In this document: one piece after another, positions 35,924-48,133 of the stretch
Position numbering within the stretch: position 1 is the stretch's first letter
How the letters are laid out: each line of letters opens with the position of its first letter
NCBI GenBank assembly: GCA_963829055.1
Contig: CAWHHI010000004.1
Coordinates: 608,001-672,000 of the forward strand
DNA length: 64,000 nucleotides
Reading direction: 5' to 3'
Source of the DNA: an uncultured Gemmatimonadaceae bacterium
GTDB taxonomy: Bacteria; Gemmatimonadota; Gemmatimonadetes; Gemmatimonadales; Gemmatimonadaceae
Program-made: the position numbers and the translations under genes
Notes under the pieces: model-generated
The model's input: only the letters and a program-made list of their open reading frames with translations
What the model was told of the DNA's origin: nothing
Database searches by the model: none

Positions 35924-37117
35924 ATGACTGTTTCGCGCGCGCCCCGCGTTCGCGCTACGCCAATCGAGCATCCAACAACCGGGTCCGGTCCTATCCGACG
36001 GTCGCCGACGTCATCGGAGGCGAGGTCGGTGGTGAAGGTGTGTCTGCTCGCTCCGTCGATCGACGTGCTGGGCGGCCAGTCCCGGCAGGCTGAGCGACTC
36101 ATGATCGGCCTGAGTGCTGAGCCATCGGTCGAGCTCTCGTTCATCCCACATAACCCGCGCCTTCCCGGCCCGCTGCACTATTTACAGCGGATCAAGTATG
36201 TGCGGACCGTGCTGACGACGTTGCTCTACTGGGGACTCGTGGTGACCCGCTTGTGGCGCTGCGATGTCGTGCACGTCTACTCGGCCTCGTACATCTCGTA
36301 CCTGCTGTCGGTTCTCCCGGTGATCGTGATCGGGAAGCTGTACGGCAAGAAGGTGCTGCTGAACTATCACAGCGGCGAGGCAGCCGATCATCTGTCCAAG
36401 TGGCGCCGAACGGCCATCCCCTTCATCAAGAAGGCCGATCTCATCGTCGTCCCGTCCGGCTACCTGGTGGATGTCTTCGCCGAGTTCGGTCTTCGTGCCA
36501 GACCGATTTTCAACGTCGTGGAGCTGGACGTGTTCAGATATCGGGAGCGCTCGCCGATCGCGCCTCGGTTCTTCACGAGCCGTCTGCTCGAGCCGCTCTA
36601 TAACGTGCCATGTGTGCTGAGAGCGTTTCAATTGATCCAGCGGCGCTTCCCGGACGCGTCACTCGTCGTTGCGGGTGACGGCTGGATGCGACCGCAGCTC
36701 GAGCAGCTCGCGAAGGACCTCGAGCTTCGCAATACCACGTTCGTCGGGCGCGTCCCCTGGGGCGATATGCCCGACGTGTACGACGCCGCCGACATTTACC
36801 TGACGGCGACGAACATCGACAACATGCCCGGGTCGGTGATCGAGTGTCTGTCGTGCGGCTTGCCGGTCGTCACCACGGACGCCGGTGGCGTGCCGTACAT
36901 CGTGACGAACGAAGAAACGGCGCTGATCGTCCCTCGAGATGACCACGCTGCGATGGCCGCATCCGCGATCCGCCTGCTGGAAGACGATACGCTCGCCGTG
37001 CGTCTGGGCCGGAACGGCCGCGAGGCCTGTGTGAAATTCACGTGGCCGGCAGTTCGCGACTCGTGGGTCGAGGCATACCACGAGCTGGCCGCAGCCGGCA
37101 AATCGTCGGCGGATTGA
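35924..37117 (+). CDS. Glycosyltransferase family 4
   Basis: GGQSRQA, NYHSGEA, VPSGYL, RLLEPLYN, DNMPGSVIE..SCGLPVVTT.AGG. Confidence 0.9.
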   Translation: MTVSRAPRVRATPIEHPTTGSGPIRRSPTSSEARSVVKVCLLAPSIDVLGGQSRQAERLMIGLSAEPSVELSFIPHNPRLPGPLHYLQRIKYVRTVLTTLLYWGLVVTRLWRCDVVHVYSASYISYLLSVLPVIVIGKLYGKKVLLNYHSGEAADHLSKWRRTAIPFIKKADLIVVPSGYLVDVFAEFGLRARPIFNVVELDVFRYRERSPIAPRFFTSRLLEPLYNVPCVLRAFQLIQRRFPDASLVVAGDGWMRPQLEQLAKDLELRNTTFVGRVPWGDMPDVYDAADIYLTATNIDNMPGSVIECLSCGLPVVTTDAGGVPYIVTNEETALIVPRDDHAAMAASAIRLLEDDTLAVRLGRNGREACVKFTWPAVRDSWVEAYHELAAAGKSSAD

Positions 37118-37207
37118 ACGGCGTATGCTCCAGGCAATCCAGGCGCCGTTGAATGTCGAGCGGCGACGTTGCGCACTACTCTACGAACTACTCTCGGTGA
37201 AGCCTAC

Positions 37208-39443
37208 ATGAAGCAGGTCTTACGGAAGGGATTGAAAGAGATCGTTGTGGACGAAGTGCCGGACCCGGTGGTTGCGCCGCATCACGTGTTGGTGCGCCCT
37301 GCCCGGTCGCTCATCAGCAGCGGCACCGAGACCGCGAGCATCCATGCCGAAGGCGTGGTCCGTGGCGTCGCTGAGAATCCATCACATCTCAAAAAGGTCT
37401 GGGATGCGGTGAAGGTCGCAGGTCCCATGGGGACCTACGACGAGATCTCCGCGAAAATGAAGACGGAGTACGGCGTCATGGGCTACTCGGGTGCCGGGTA
37501 CGTCGTCGAGAAGCATCCGACCGTGACCGATCTCGAAGTGGGCGCTCGCGTCGCCTACGGAGGCGAGGGAACGGGCCACGCGGAAACCGTGCTCGCGGGC
37601 CGTTATCTCGTAGCCCGCGTGCCCGACGAGGTGTCGTTCGAGGAAGCATGCTTCACGACGGTGGGCAGCATCGCGCTGCATAGCGTCCGCGTGGCGAACA
37701 TCAGCCTCGGCGATGTGGTCGCGGTCATCGGGCTGGGACTCGTCGGCCAACTCGTCGCGCAGCTCGCGCGAGCGCATGGCGCTGTGGTCATTGCCATGGA
37801 TATCAGGGCTGACCGTATCGCGCTCGCTCGAACGTTAGGCGCCGACCATGGTGTGCCGGTTGGTGACGAGGCCGAACGTCAGGTGGCTGCCCTCACCGAT
37901 GGTCGTGGCGTCGACCGGGTCATCGTGGCGGCCGCGGCCAAGACATCCGCCCCGTGCGAGCTCGGCATCCGGCTGTGCCGCGACCGTGGCAAGATGGTCA
38001 TCGTCGGCGCGGTCGAGATGAACCTCTCACGCGACCTCCTGTATGCGAAGGAGATCGACGTGCTGATGTCGCGCGCCTACGGCCCCGGGAGCTACGACGC
38101 CGGATACGAACGCGGCGGCAAGGATTATCCGATCTCGTACGTCAGGTGGACCGAGAACCGGAACATGGAAGAGTTCCTCCGGCTTGATCGCGACAGGTCG
38201 CGTGAACGTCCGCGAGATGATCACGCACCGCTTCGCGCTGTCGGACGCACCGAGTGCGTACACCACCATCATGGACCCGTCGAAGAACAGCATGGCGGTC
38301 GTCCTGACGTACCCTGACCACGCTGACGGCGCGCCCGCGGCAGCGCCTGCGTTCCAGCCGCAGCGGAAGGTGTCGATCGCGACCTCGGCTCCGACCAACG
38401 ATCGCCTGCGCGTCGCGCTCGTAGGCGCGGGCAACCTGGCCAAGTGGGCGCATCTCCCGAATCTCCGCAAGCTGACGACCGCGCAGCTGCACGCCGTGTA
38501 TTCGGCCAGCGGTGCTCGGGGAAAGAGCTACGCCATGCGCTTTGGTGCGGCGTACGCCTGTTCGGAGTACCAGCAGATTCTCGACGATCCGCAGATCGAC
38601 GTCGTGCTCATCGCGAGCCGCAACAAGGAACACGCGGACCAGGCGGAGGCGGCGCTCCGCGCGGGGAAGCACGTCTTTCTCGAGAAGCCGATGGCGCTGA
38701 CCGAGGATGAATGCCGACGCCTAACGCGCGCGGTCGACGAGACGGGGCTCCAGTTGACTGTCGGTTTCAATCGGCGGTTCGCACCGTTCTACGTCGAACA
38801 GAAGCGACTCCTGTCACGACGAAGCGGTCCGGCGGTCATCAATTGTCGAGTGAACTCTCCGGGACTTTCCGGCGCCTATTGGGCCGCCGAAGCCGCGCAC
38901 GGCGGCGCGATCCTCGGGGAAGGGTGCCATTTCGTGGACCTCCTGTACTGGCTGCTCGATTCGGAGCCGGTGTCCGTCAGCGCTGTGTGCTTGCCCACCG
39001 AGACGCCTGACCCGATCGGGGAGCACAACCTCGCGGCGAGCATCGCGTTTGCCGACGGGTCGATCGCGAGCTTCACCTACTGCACTGTTGGCAGCAAGAC
39101 GTCAGGCGGCGAGCGGATCGAGACGTTCATCCCGGGGCTCGGCTCCGTCGTCGAGGACTTCAAGAATCTGCAGGTGCGCGGGGGGATGAGTCGTACGAAG
39201 TCGCAGTGGTGGCCGGAGAAAGGCTATGGGGCGCAACTCGAGTCGTTCATCGATTCCATTCGCACGCGGAAGGCGCCTGCCGTGACCGTCCGCGACGGCG
39301 CGCGCGCGACCCTCATGTGTCTACGCCTGCTCGAGTCCGCGCGCGATCGGCGGCCACGGGAAGTCGATCTGGACGCGTTCCTGAGTGATGGTCGCTCGTC
39401 GCCTAACGGCACGTCGTCACGGCTCACCGGCGTCGGGGCGTGA
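37208..39443 (+). CDS. Bi-domain oxidoreductase (Zn-type dehydrogenase + Gfo/Idh/MocA); frameshift near 38185
   Basis: SLISSGTE, GYSGAG, GLGLVG, SRAYGPG.YD..YE..DYP..YVRWTENRN, then VGAGN, LEKPMA, VGFNRRF, GEGCHFVD. Confidence 0.9.
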
Positions 39444-39565
39444 ACCGTCGACGCCGGAGCATGCGGCGAGATGTGTGAGATCGGGCGCCGCGCGATCGCG
39501 CGGCGCCCCATCACCCGACCACCGCGCCTAACGAGCGCAGTGACGCGCGTCGGCGCACGGTCCGT

Positions 39566-40774
39566 TTATCGGGGGCGCGCGGTAAGAAGCTCTTCGTACA
39601 GCCGCTCTACGGCGCCGATGACGGCGTCGGCACGGAATTCACGTCGCGCGCGATCCGCGCCCGCGTCACCCATGCGGCGGCGGCGCACCGGATCGGCGAT
39701 CAGTTCACGCATAGCGTGGGCAAATGCCTGCGGGTCCGACGGCGGCACCAACAGCCCGTTCTCACCCTGACGAACGGCGTCAGGAACTCCACCGACCGCC
39801 GTCGCCACGATCGGCCGCCCCGCCGCCATCGCCTCGACCAGCGAGTTTGGAAATCCTTCTGACGTCGACGAGAGGACCGACAGGTCGAACAGGAAGTGGA
39901 AGCTGGGTACCGTCGGCCGCAGCCCTGCAAACCGCACACGCTCTGCGATTCCGAGCTTCGTCGCGCGGGCGCGGAGTTCCTCGAGCAGCGGTCCCGTCCC
40001 CACGATGACCAGGCGAAGATCCGGCTGCTCCGGGGCCAGCAGCGCGATCGCCGCGAGTAGCGTCGCATGGTCCTTGATGGTGTTCAGGGACGCGATGATC
40101 CCGACCACGATGTCACCGTCGCCGAGTTGAAGCTCCCGCTTCCACTGTGCGAGCGTAGTGGCGTCCGGAGGCGTGAACGCTGCCTCATCGACGAAGTTCG
40201 GGATGACTTCGACCCGCGCGCTGGACAGCCGGTCATCCCTCACAAGGGACGCGGCGACCGCCTGGCTGTTGGCGAGGACCCGCGTCGCGACGCGGAATCC
40301 GATCCCGTTCGCGATTCGGTATCGCAGCGGCGAGTGCAGCCACCGCTTGCTCGCGATGATGCCGGGCACACCGGCGATTCGCGCAGCGACGACTGAGAAG
40401 AAGTTCGAGTACTGATCGTGGCAATGGACGATCGACACGCGTTCTCGCCGGAAAAACCGCGCGACATGGAGGGCCTGACGGATCGTCTGCGGGCCGTACA
40501 TGCTGTGGATCGGGAAGCGCGCGATCGGGATGCCCAGCTTCGCGTATCGCTCAGCCAGCGGGCCCTCGCCGCGAAGCGTGACCACCGTGACCCGGAATCG
40601 CTCGGGGTTCAGCCGCTGCGCCGTGCGTAACGCGTTCAGCTCGGTACCACCGACGCTCATGGTGTCGATCGAAAAGACGACGTGAATGAGCTCGCGGCCG
40701 TCTGGATGGCTGAGAGAGCCGGCCGACGCGGGCGTTCGAGGTGAGGATGCCAGCGGGGTAGGTGAGTGGGCCAT
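39566..40774 (-). CDS. Glycosyltransferase family 4
   Basis: GGTE, VIPNFVD, KDHATL, SEGFPNSLVEAMAAGRPIVAT.VGG. Confidence 0.9.
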   Translation of the reverse strand: MAHSPTPLASSPRTPASAGSLSHPDGRELIHVVFSIDTMSVGGTELNALRTAQRLNPERFRVTVVTLRGEGPLAERYAKLGIPIARFPIHSMYGPQTIRQALHVARFFRRERVSIVHCHDQYSNFFSVVAARIAGVPGIIASKRWLHSPLRYRIANGIGFRVATRVLANSQAVAASLVRDDRLSSARVEVIPNFVDEAAFTPPDATTLAQWKRELQLGDGDIVVGIIASLNTIKDHATLLAAIALLAPEQPDLRLVIVGTGPLLEELRARATKLGIAERVRFAGLRPTVPSFHFLFDLSVLSSTSEGFPNSLVEAMAAGRPIVATAVGGVPDAVRQGENGLLVPPSDPQAFAHAMRELIADPVRRRRMGDAGADRARREFRADAVIGAVERLYEELLTARPR

Positions 40775-40913
40775 CGTGCGTGCCGCCCGTTGCGGCGCAA
40801 AGGTTGCGACCTCCCGGGGACGCCGTCGTAAAGATATGATGCGCTGTCACAGCGCGTCCCGGACTGGGACTCGTGGCAAGGCCAGCGCCGCCGAATAACA
40901 TTCACCTCACTGC

Positions 40914-42315
40914 ATGGTTCCCCCTCAATCAGGCTGGCGCACCGCTCGACACGTTGCGCCGGTGCCCCAACCCCCTCGTCCGGACGCCACAGTTTCGGCG
41001 CCCTCGCCCCGCCCGACGGCGCAGGCGACGGGGCGTCGGTTGCCCGTCGGGGAACCTCAGCGACGCCGCCAAGTGGTCCATCAGCTTCGTCGCCATTCTA
41101 GGGTACGTGTACTCCGCGGTGACGTACGGTCTTCCGCTCGTCGGTCCTTCCGTGGTCGTGGCGCTGCTCGGGCTGTTTTTCGAGCGCGTCAGGATTGTCT
41201 TTCCGACATTTCTCGTGCTGTTCGCGCTGTGGGTTGTGTGGAGCGCCATCGGCGTGATGTCGAGCTACCAGCGAGATGATACGATCACGCAGGTCACGGT
41301 GCTGCTCAAGGTGCTCGTGATCGTGTTCGCGATCGTCAACGTGGTGCATAACGCGTGGCGCGTCCGGATGTTCATCATTTTTTTTCTGGGCTGTTTCGCT
41401 CTGTATCCGGCGCGCGGTACGCTGGTGAACTACTTCATCTCGGGCTACACAATGTTCGGCCGCGCGTTGTGGAACTTCATCTACGGAAACTCGAACGACC
41501 TCGCGGCGCTGACGTTTTTTCCGCTCTCGCTTACCCTCGCGCTGATCATCACCGAGAAGAAAGGGTGGGTGAAGAACGTGTCGTTCTCTCGGTGCGGGAC
41601 TGCTGACGCTCATCATATTGCTGACGCAGTCCCGCGGAGCCCTCATCGCGCTCGTGGCCACTGGGCTGATCTACTTTCTGAATCAGGCCCGCGGTAAGCG
41701 GATCAAGACGCTGCTGACCGCGATGGTCGTCGCTGTACTCATTGGCCCGTTGGTGCCGTCGAGCGCGTGGCAACGTTTCTCCGGTATATCGAAGCTCACC
41801 GACACGTCCACGATCGCCGAAGCCGACCCGGAAGGTTCAGCCGACGCGCGGTACAACATTTGGCGCGTTGCCCGACAGATCATCGCCGAGAACCCGGCTA
41901 CTGGCATTGGGCTCGGCGCCTACCCGCTCGCACACGCGACCTACACCGGGCGCATCGTCGTCCCACCGGCCGCTCGCGGCTTTCGTGACACCCACAGCAC
42001 ATACCTGAACGTCGCCGCGGAAACCGGTATTCCTGGCTTGATCCTGTTCATGGCGATGATCGGGGTGGTTGCGGTGGCGCCGAGATGACCCGGCGGCGAG
42101 CCATAGGGACGCCTCGTGCCGGGCAGCTATTCGCGATGGAGCTCGGACTCCTCGCGTTCCTGATGCACGGCATCTTCGGTTCGCTTGCAAAGCTGAGCTT
42201 CCTCTACATCCAGCTCGCGCTCATGTGGGCTGTGACGGAAGTCACCCGCCGCGAACTTGCCGGAGAGGGCTGCAGCGATCCCGATACGAGGTCGGCGCCG
42301 AGCGTAGGGAGTTAG
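40914..42315 (+). CDS. O-antigen ligase / Wzy-like polymerase; frameshifted
   Basis: Multi-TM; NSNDLA, LTQSRGA, SADARYNIW, NPATGIGLG, THSTYLNVAAETGIPG. Confidence 0.82.
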
Positions 42316-42684
42316 CCCAGCGGAAACGTCGCCCAGCTCGGCTGCGCATTGACTCGGCCGCAAGCGATTCGTCAGCGTCATTCCTGTTGCGGCGCTTCCA
42401 CACTCACGGTCGCTCGCGCCGTCGTCCGCAGCTACGTCCAGCTCGCTGACCGAGCCGTAAGACGTTTCGCCCGTATCACATAACGACGAGCGCGCTACCG
42501 CGACAGAATCTCGGATCGAGGCGTCAACCTTGCAAACGGGATCGACGCGTTCGGTACGCTAACGATCGGGCTTGTTAGATTCTGTTCACACATGTCGTCT
42601 AGTAGCAGGCTGCTCGTCTGCGACTCGGCGGTCGTCTCTCGTGATCATGATTGGGTGACCCGGTGAACGTGGAGGGCCGCGCCG

Positions 42685-43593
42685 ATGTTCGATGTCTCCG
42701 TCATCATTGCATCGGTGGAGTCGTCACGATCGATCAAGGCATGTCTGGATTCGGTGCGTGCGGCGCTGCTGGGGACTCGCGCCGAAGTGCTGGTGGTCGA
42801 TGCGTCTCGCGACACGAGCGCGGACATTGCGGAGCGAGAGCTCGGGAGCGCGGTCGTTATACGCTGCGCGCCGGGAACGCTCACCCCGAGCTCTGGGCGG
42901 CTGGGATCGTTCGTTCGACTGGCCGTGTGATTGCTCTGACCACAGGGCACTTCGCGGTCGAGCGGACCTGGATGTCGAGTCTGACGTCCGCGTTGGAAGG
43001 AGGGACACATGGGCGCCGCCGGTCGAATCGATCTCGGCAATGAGACGTCGGTCACCGACTGGGCAGTGTTCTACCTGCGATACTCCGAGTTTTTGCACGA
43101 GCCCGAGCGAATTGAGTGCGGGGTGCCGGGAATTCCCGCCGACAACGCTGCTTACGATGGTGAGGCGATTCGACGATTCGTGATGACTTCCGACGACGGT
43201 TTCTGGGAAGTGGAATTTCATCGCCAGTTTCATGCGGCTGGCGGCTCACTCGCGATGGTGCAGGGTGCGACCGCGCTCGTACGGGCGATCGTTTCCGTTC
43301 TCTGACGATCGCCGGCCATCGCTACCACCACGGGCGCCACTCTGGCGCGTGGCGCGTCTCGCGAAAGGTCCGCTCGTCCAGCCATGTCGTCGCAGCATTT
43401 CCGCTCGTTCCGTTCGCCCTGGCCGCCGCGTACGTGGCGCCGCGTGCGGTCCACCGCCCGTGCACCGGAGTCGATTTCTGCGTGCGTTGCCGCTGTTCCT
43501 CGTGCTTGCATTCTGCTGGGCGGTCGGTGAAGCGGTCGGCGCCGTTGTCCGGTGCCCCGCGTCTCGCGTCGACCTTCTCCCGTGCCAGCCTGA
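42685..43593 (+). CDS. GT2-like glycosyltransferase (paralog 1 of 3); frameshifted
   Basis: VSVIIAS, EVLVVD, IALTTGH, DWAVFYLRYSEF, ADNAAY, GFWE, WAVGEAVG. Confidence 0.7.
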
Positions 43594-43595
43594 CC

Positions 43596-44569
43596 ATGTC
43601 TTCTCCCAGCCGACTGGATAGCGACGTGCCCCCTCTGCCGTGAAGCGTGGACCGCGCCGTGGATCCGCACCGACCGTGTCGGTCGTGGTTGCGTCCAATC
43701 GCGACAAGACACTCCTGCACGCCTGCCTCGGGTCGTTGCTCGGTCAGTGTCAGCGAATGAACGCCGAGTTGCTGGTCGCTCGTGCTGGTGCCCCGTCGAC
43801 GTCGCAGCGCTCGCGAAGACATACCCATCGGTTCGGTTCGTGACCGCGCCTGTCGACGCCTCGATTCCGCAGCTGCGCGCTATCGGAATGGCTCAGGCGT
43901 CCGGCGACGTGGTTGCGCTCACCGAGGATCACTGCATCGCCGACGAGAACTGGGTCGAGGCACTGACGCTGAGCGCGAGCGGCGACGCCGACGTGGTCGG
44001 CGGCGGAATGGACAACGCGCGTCGGTCGCGAGCCGTCGACTGGGCGGCGTACTTCGCGGAGTACGGCTTCTTCTCGCCCGAGCGCCCGGAGCGTGCCGAA
44101 GGTCCGCCGCTGCTCACGGGCGCCAACGTTGCGTACAAGCGTCACGTCATTGCCGACGTCATCGGGTGGGCGCAGGATGGCGAGTGGGAGAACGTCGCGC
44201 ATACGCGTCTCGTGGCGCGCGGCAGCATGCTTCGTTTCGCGCGGACCGCCGCGATCTATCAGAATCAGACCTACAGCGTCGCTGCGTTCTGCGCGGATCG
44301 CTACGAGCATGGGCGTGACTACGCCCGAAAACGGCTCGTCGAGGATCCAGAACGCCAGTCGCTGGTTTCTGCTGGCGGCGAGTCCGCTGCTGCCGGCGCT
44401 CCTCACCTGGCGCGTCGCGCGCGCCTCGGCACGTTCCCGCTGGGGCACGTTTCTCCGCGCGCTCCCGGCGACGGTGCTTTTCCTGACGGCATGGTCGGTC
44501 GGCGAGGCCGTCGGATATCTGCGCGGACCGTCGGATGGCTCCGCGCCGAAGCCGGCAGGCGATGACTGA
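43596..44569 (+). CDS. GT2 glycosyltransferase (paralog 2 of 3); frameshifted
   Basis: VSVVVAS, IPQLRAIG, VALTEDHC, DWAAYFAEY, TGANVAY, WSVGEAVG. Confidence 0.8.
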
Positions 44570-45457
44570 ACCATCGCTGACGGTCGTCGTGCCGTCGGTC
44601 AACGGCCTCGGCGACCTGATGGACTGTCTTGCCGCCCTCTCGAAGCAGCGAAGCGACGTCGATCTCGAGGTGCTCGTCGCCGACCGATGCGGCGAGCCGC
44701 TTCGCGCTGAGGTGCGTCGATCGTACCCGTGGGTGCGCATGCTGGAAGCGCCGGCGGGGACGACGATTCCCGATCTTCGTGCGCTCGCGTTTCGCCAGGC
44801 GACAGCGCGGTCGGTTGCGGTCATCGAGGATCACGTGATCGTGCCGCCCGGATGGGCGCGGGCACTCCTCGATGCACAGGCCGGTGGCGACATCGTCGTC
44901 GGCGGGGCGATCGAGAACGCCGCGGTGGATCGCGTCGTCGACTGGGCGGCGTTTCTGTGCGAGTACAGTCACTGCATATCCCCGCTGCCCGAAGGGCCTG
45001 CCGACTGGTTGACCGGAAACAACGTCGTCTATCCGCGCGAGTTGCTCGGGCGCTACGAGGAAGTCCTTGGACGGGGACAGTGGGAGAATCGACTGCACGA
45101 CGCGATGCGTCGTGACGGCGTCTCGCTGGTCTGCCGACCGCAGATCGCCGTGGGCCACAAGAAGCACTACACCGTGGGGGAGTATCTGTCGCAGCGATAT
45201 CTGTACGCGCGGTCGTACGCCGGGGCGCGGGTTGCCGACGCGTCGCTCGGAAGCGGCTGGGCTATGGTGCCGCCGCGCTGGCGCTCCCGCCGTTGCTCAT
45301 GTTTCGCACGGTGTCGCGCGTCGTGGCAAAGCGCCGCCACCGAGCGGAGCTGGTGCGGTCGCTGCCGTTGCTCGCTGTGTTCGTCGTGTCGTGGGCGTTC
45401 GGCGAGATGGTCGGCTACGTCGCCGGCCCCGGCGATTCGCTGGCCAAGGTCTGCTGA
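44562..45457 (+). CDS. GT2 glycosyltransferase (paralog 3 of 3)
   Basis: LTVVVPS, IPDLRA, VIEDH, DWAAFLCEY, TGNNVVY, WAFGEMVG; one frameshift near 45255. Confidence 0.8.
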
Positions 45458-45668
45458 GATGGCTCTGATGCCTTACACGGGTGACGTGGTGGTCGCGTTG
45501 ACGACGCCGGGGTCGGTGGCGAACATGGACGAAGCGGAGCACGATTTCTGTCCGGTCATCAGCGAGTTCGACACCGACGCACGGCAGCGCTTCGGCGCGC
45601 CGCATCGGTGGGCGCGTTCGTCAGCGCTCACCGCGCTGGCCGGCGCGCCGGCGTTCGTCTAGCGCGCG

Positions 45669-46852
45669 ATGCGCATCGGCGTCGATGCGACGTGCTGGGC
45701 AAACGGTCGCGGTTACGGGCGCTTCGCTCGTGAGCTGCTTCGCGCCATGGTCAGTCGAGGGTGCGTCGCACGAGTTCGTGTGCTTCGTCGACGACCGCGC
45801 GGCGCGTTGCTTCGATCTCACCGGCGCCGGTGTGCGCATGGTCGTCGTGCCGCAGTCGGCGTCGCCGACGACCGCGGCGAGCGCCACCGGCAGTCGTTCG
45901 GTCGGCGACATGTGGCGAATGACGCGAGCGGTCGCGCGCGAGGAGCTCGACGTGTTTTTCTCGCCGTCGGTCTACACGTATTTCCCGCTGCCGCCATCGC
46001 TCGCCGCGGTGATCACGTTTCACGACGCGATCGCCGATCGCTTTCCCGAGCTCACGCTGCCGTCGCTCGCGCGCGCGACTCTTCTGGCGCATGAAGGTGC
46101 AGATGGCGCTGGCGCAGTCACGCATCGTGCTCACGGTGTCGGACTACGCGGCGTCACAGGTGAGCCAAGACGTTAGGCGTCGACCGCGAGCGCATTCGCG
46201 TGGCGGTGGAAGCGGCGGCGTCGGTCTACACGCCGAGCGAGTCGAGCGCGAGGACATTGTCACGGCGGCGCGCGCGTGCCGGGGTGCCCGACGGTCGGCG
46301 CTGGTTCACGTACGTGGGCGGCTTCAACCCGCACAAGCACGTCGACGCGATCGTGCGTGCGCACGCGACGCTCGTGCGCGACGTCGCCGATCCGCCGACT
46401 GCTCGTGCTCGTCGGCGCGCTCGACGACGATCCGTTCTTCGGCTCGCAGCAGCGCATCCGCGACGAGATCGCGCGGTGCGGCACGGGCGACCACGTTCGG
46501 TGGGCCGGCTACGTGCCGGACGACGAGCTGCGCCACCTGCTGTCGGGCGCGCTCGCGCTGGTCCTGCCGTCGGAATCGGAAGGGTTCGGGCTGCCCGCGG
46601 TCGAGGCCGCGGCGTGCGGCATTCCCGTCATCGCCACGACGCGAGAGCCCGCTCCCGCAGCTGCTCGACGGGCGGCGGCATCTTCGTCGCGCCCGGCGAC
46701 GAGGCGGCGTTAGGCGCCGCGATGCGGCGCTCGCGACCGACGAGCCGCACCGCGCGCGCTCGCCGCGGGCGCGCTGGCGCGCGGCGCGCGCGCTGAGCTG
46801 GACGTCGAGCGCGCGGCGGCGCTCGACGCGCTCGACGGAGGCGGCCGCGTGA
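45669..46852 (+). CDS. Glycosyltransferase family 4; frameshifted
   Basis: MRIGVDATCW..RGYGRF, YVGGFNPHK, SESEGFGLPAVEAAACG.PVI. Confidence 0.85.
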
Positions 46853-48126
46853 CCGGCGCGCTCCGCTTCTGCATGTTCTCGACGTTCTACCCGCCGTACA
46901 GCTACGGCGGCGACGGCATCACGCTCCAGCGGCTCTGTCGCGCGCTCGTGCGAGCCGGCCACGAGGTGACCGTCGTGCACGACGCCGACGCGTACCGTCG
47001 TTAGGCTACCCGCAGCCCGACGGCGGCCGCCGCCGACGACGGCGTCGATGTCGTGACGCTGCGCAGCTCGCTCGGGGTCCTGTCGGTCCTCCTGACGCTA
47101 CCAGTTCGGGCGTCCGGTGGTGCACGGCGCGGAAATCGAGGCGCTGCTCGCCGCGCGACAGCTTCGACGTCGTGCACTTTCACAACGTGTCGCTCGTCGG
47201 CGGTCCCGGACTGTTCGCGTCTCGCCCGCGGCGTCCGCGACCGTCTATACGGCGCACGAGCACTGGCTCGTCTGCCCCACGCACGTGCTGTGGCGCCATC
47301 GTCGCGAGCGCTGCACGGGCCGCGAGTGCTTCCGGTGCTCGCTGCACTACGGACGTCCGCCGCAGCTCTGGCGAAGCACGGGGCTGCTCGAGCGATCGCT
47401 CGACGACGTCGACACGTTCATCGCGCTCAGCGAGTTCAGTCGCGACAAGCATCGCGAGTTCGGATTCCCGCGCGACATGGAAGTGCTGCCGCCGATCGTG
47501 TTCGACGCGGATGCGGACACGATCGACGCGCCTGCGGTGAGCCCGCATCCGCGCCCGTACTTCTTCTACGCCGGCCGACTCGAGCGCATCAAGGGGCTCG
47601 ACGACGTGCGTGCCGCTGTTCCGCGATGCCGACGCGCCGGCCGACTTGCTGATCGCCGGGGCTGGGTCGCACGAGCGCGCGCTTCGAGCGCTCGCCGGCG
47701 ACTCGCCGCGCATTCGCTTTCTCGGCCACGTCAGGCCGGAGCGGCTCGCGCCGCTCTATCGGCACGCGATCGCGCACATCGCGCCGTCGGTCTGCTTCGA
47801 GACGTTCGGCAACACGCTGGTCGAAGCGTTCCGCCAGAGCACCCCGGTCATCGCGCGACGCATCGGCCCGTTCCCGGAGATCGTCGCGCACGCCGGTGGC
47901 GGTGAGCTGTTCGACGACGCCGACGACCTTCGCACGGCGCTCGACGCGCTTCGCGTCGGACCGAGCGACTATCGCGACCGGCTCGGCGCCGCTGGACGGC
48001 GCGCGTACGAGCCGACGTGGTCGGAGGAAGCGATCGTTCCGCGATATCTCGAGATCGTCGAGCGGACCATTGCGCGCCGGCGTTCGCCGGCCACGCTCGG
48101 CCGCGCCGGCGGTCGCGGTCACGTAG
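46849..48126 (+). CDS. Glycosyltransferase family 4; frameshifted
   Basis: FSTFYPPYSYGG, HFHNVSL, HEHWLVCP, YAGRLERIKG, PSVCFETFG..LVEAF. Confidence 0.85.
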
Positions 48127-48133
48127 GCCTGAC

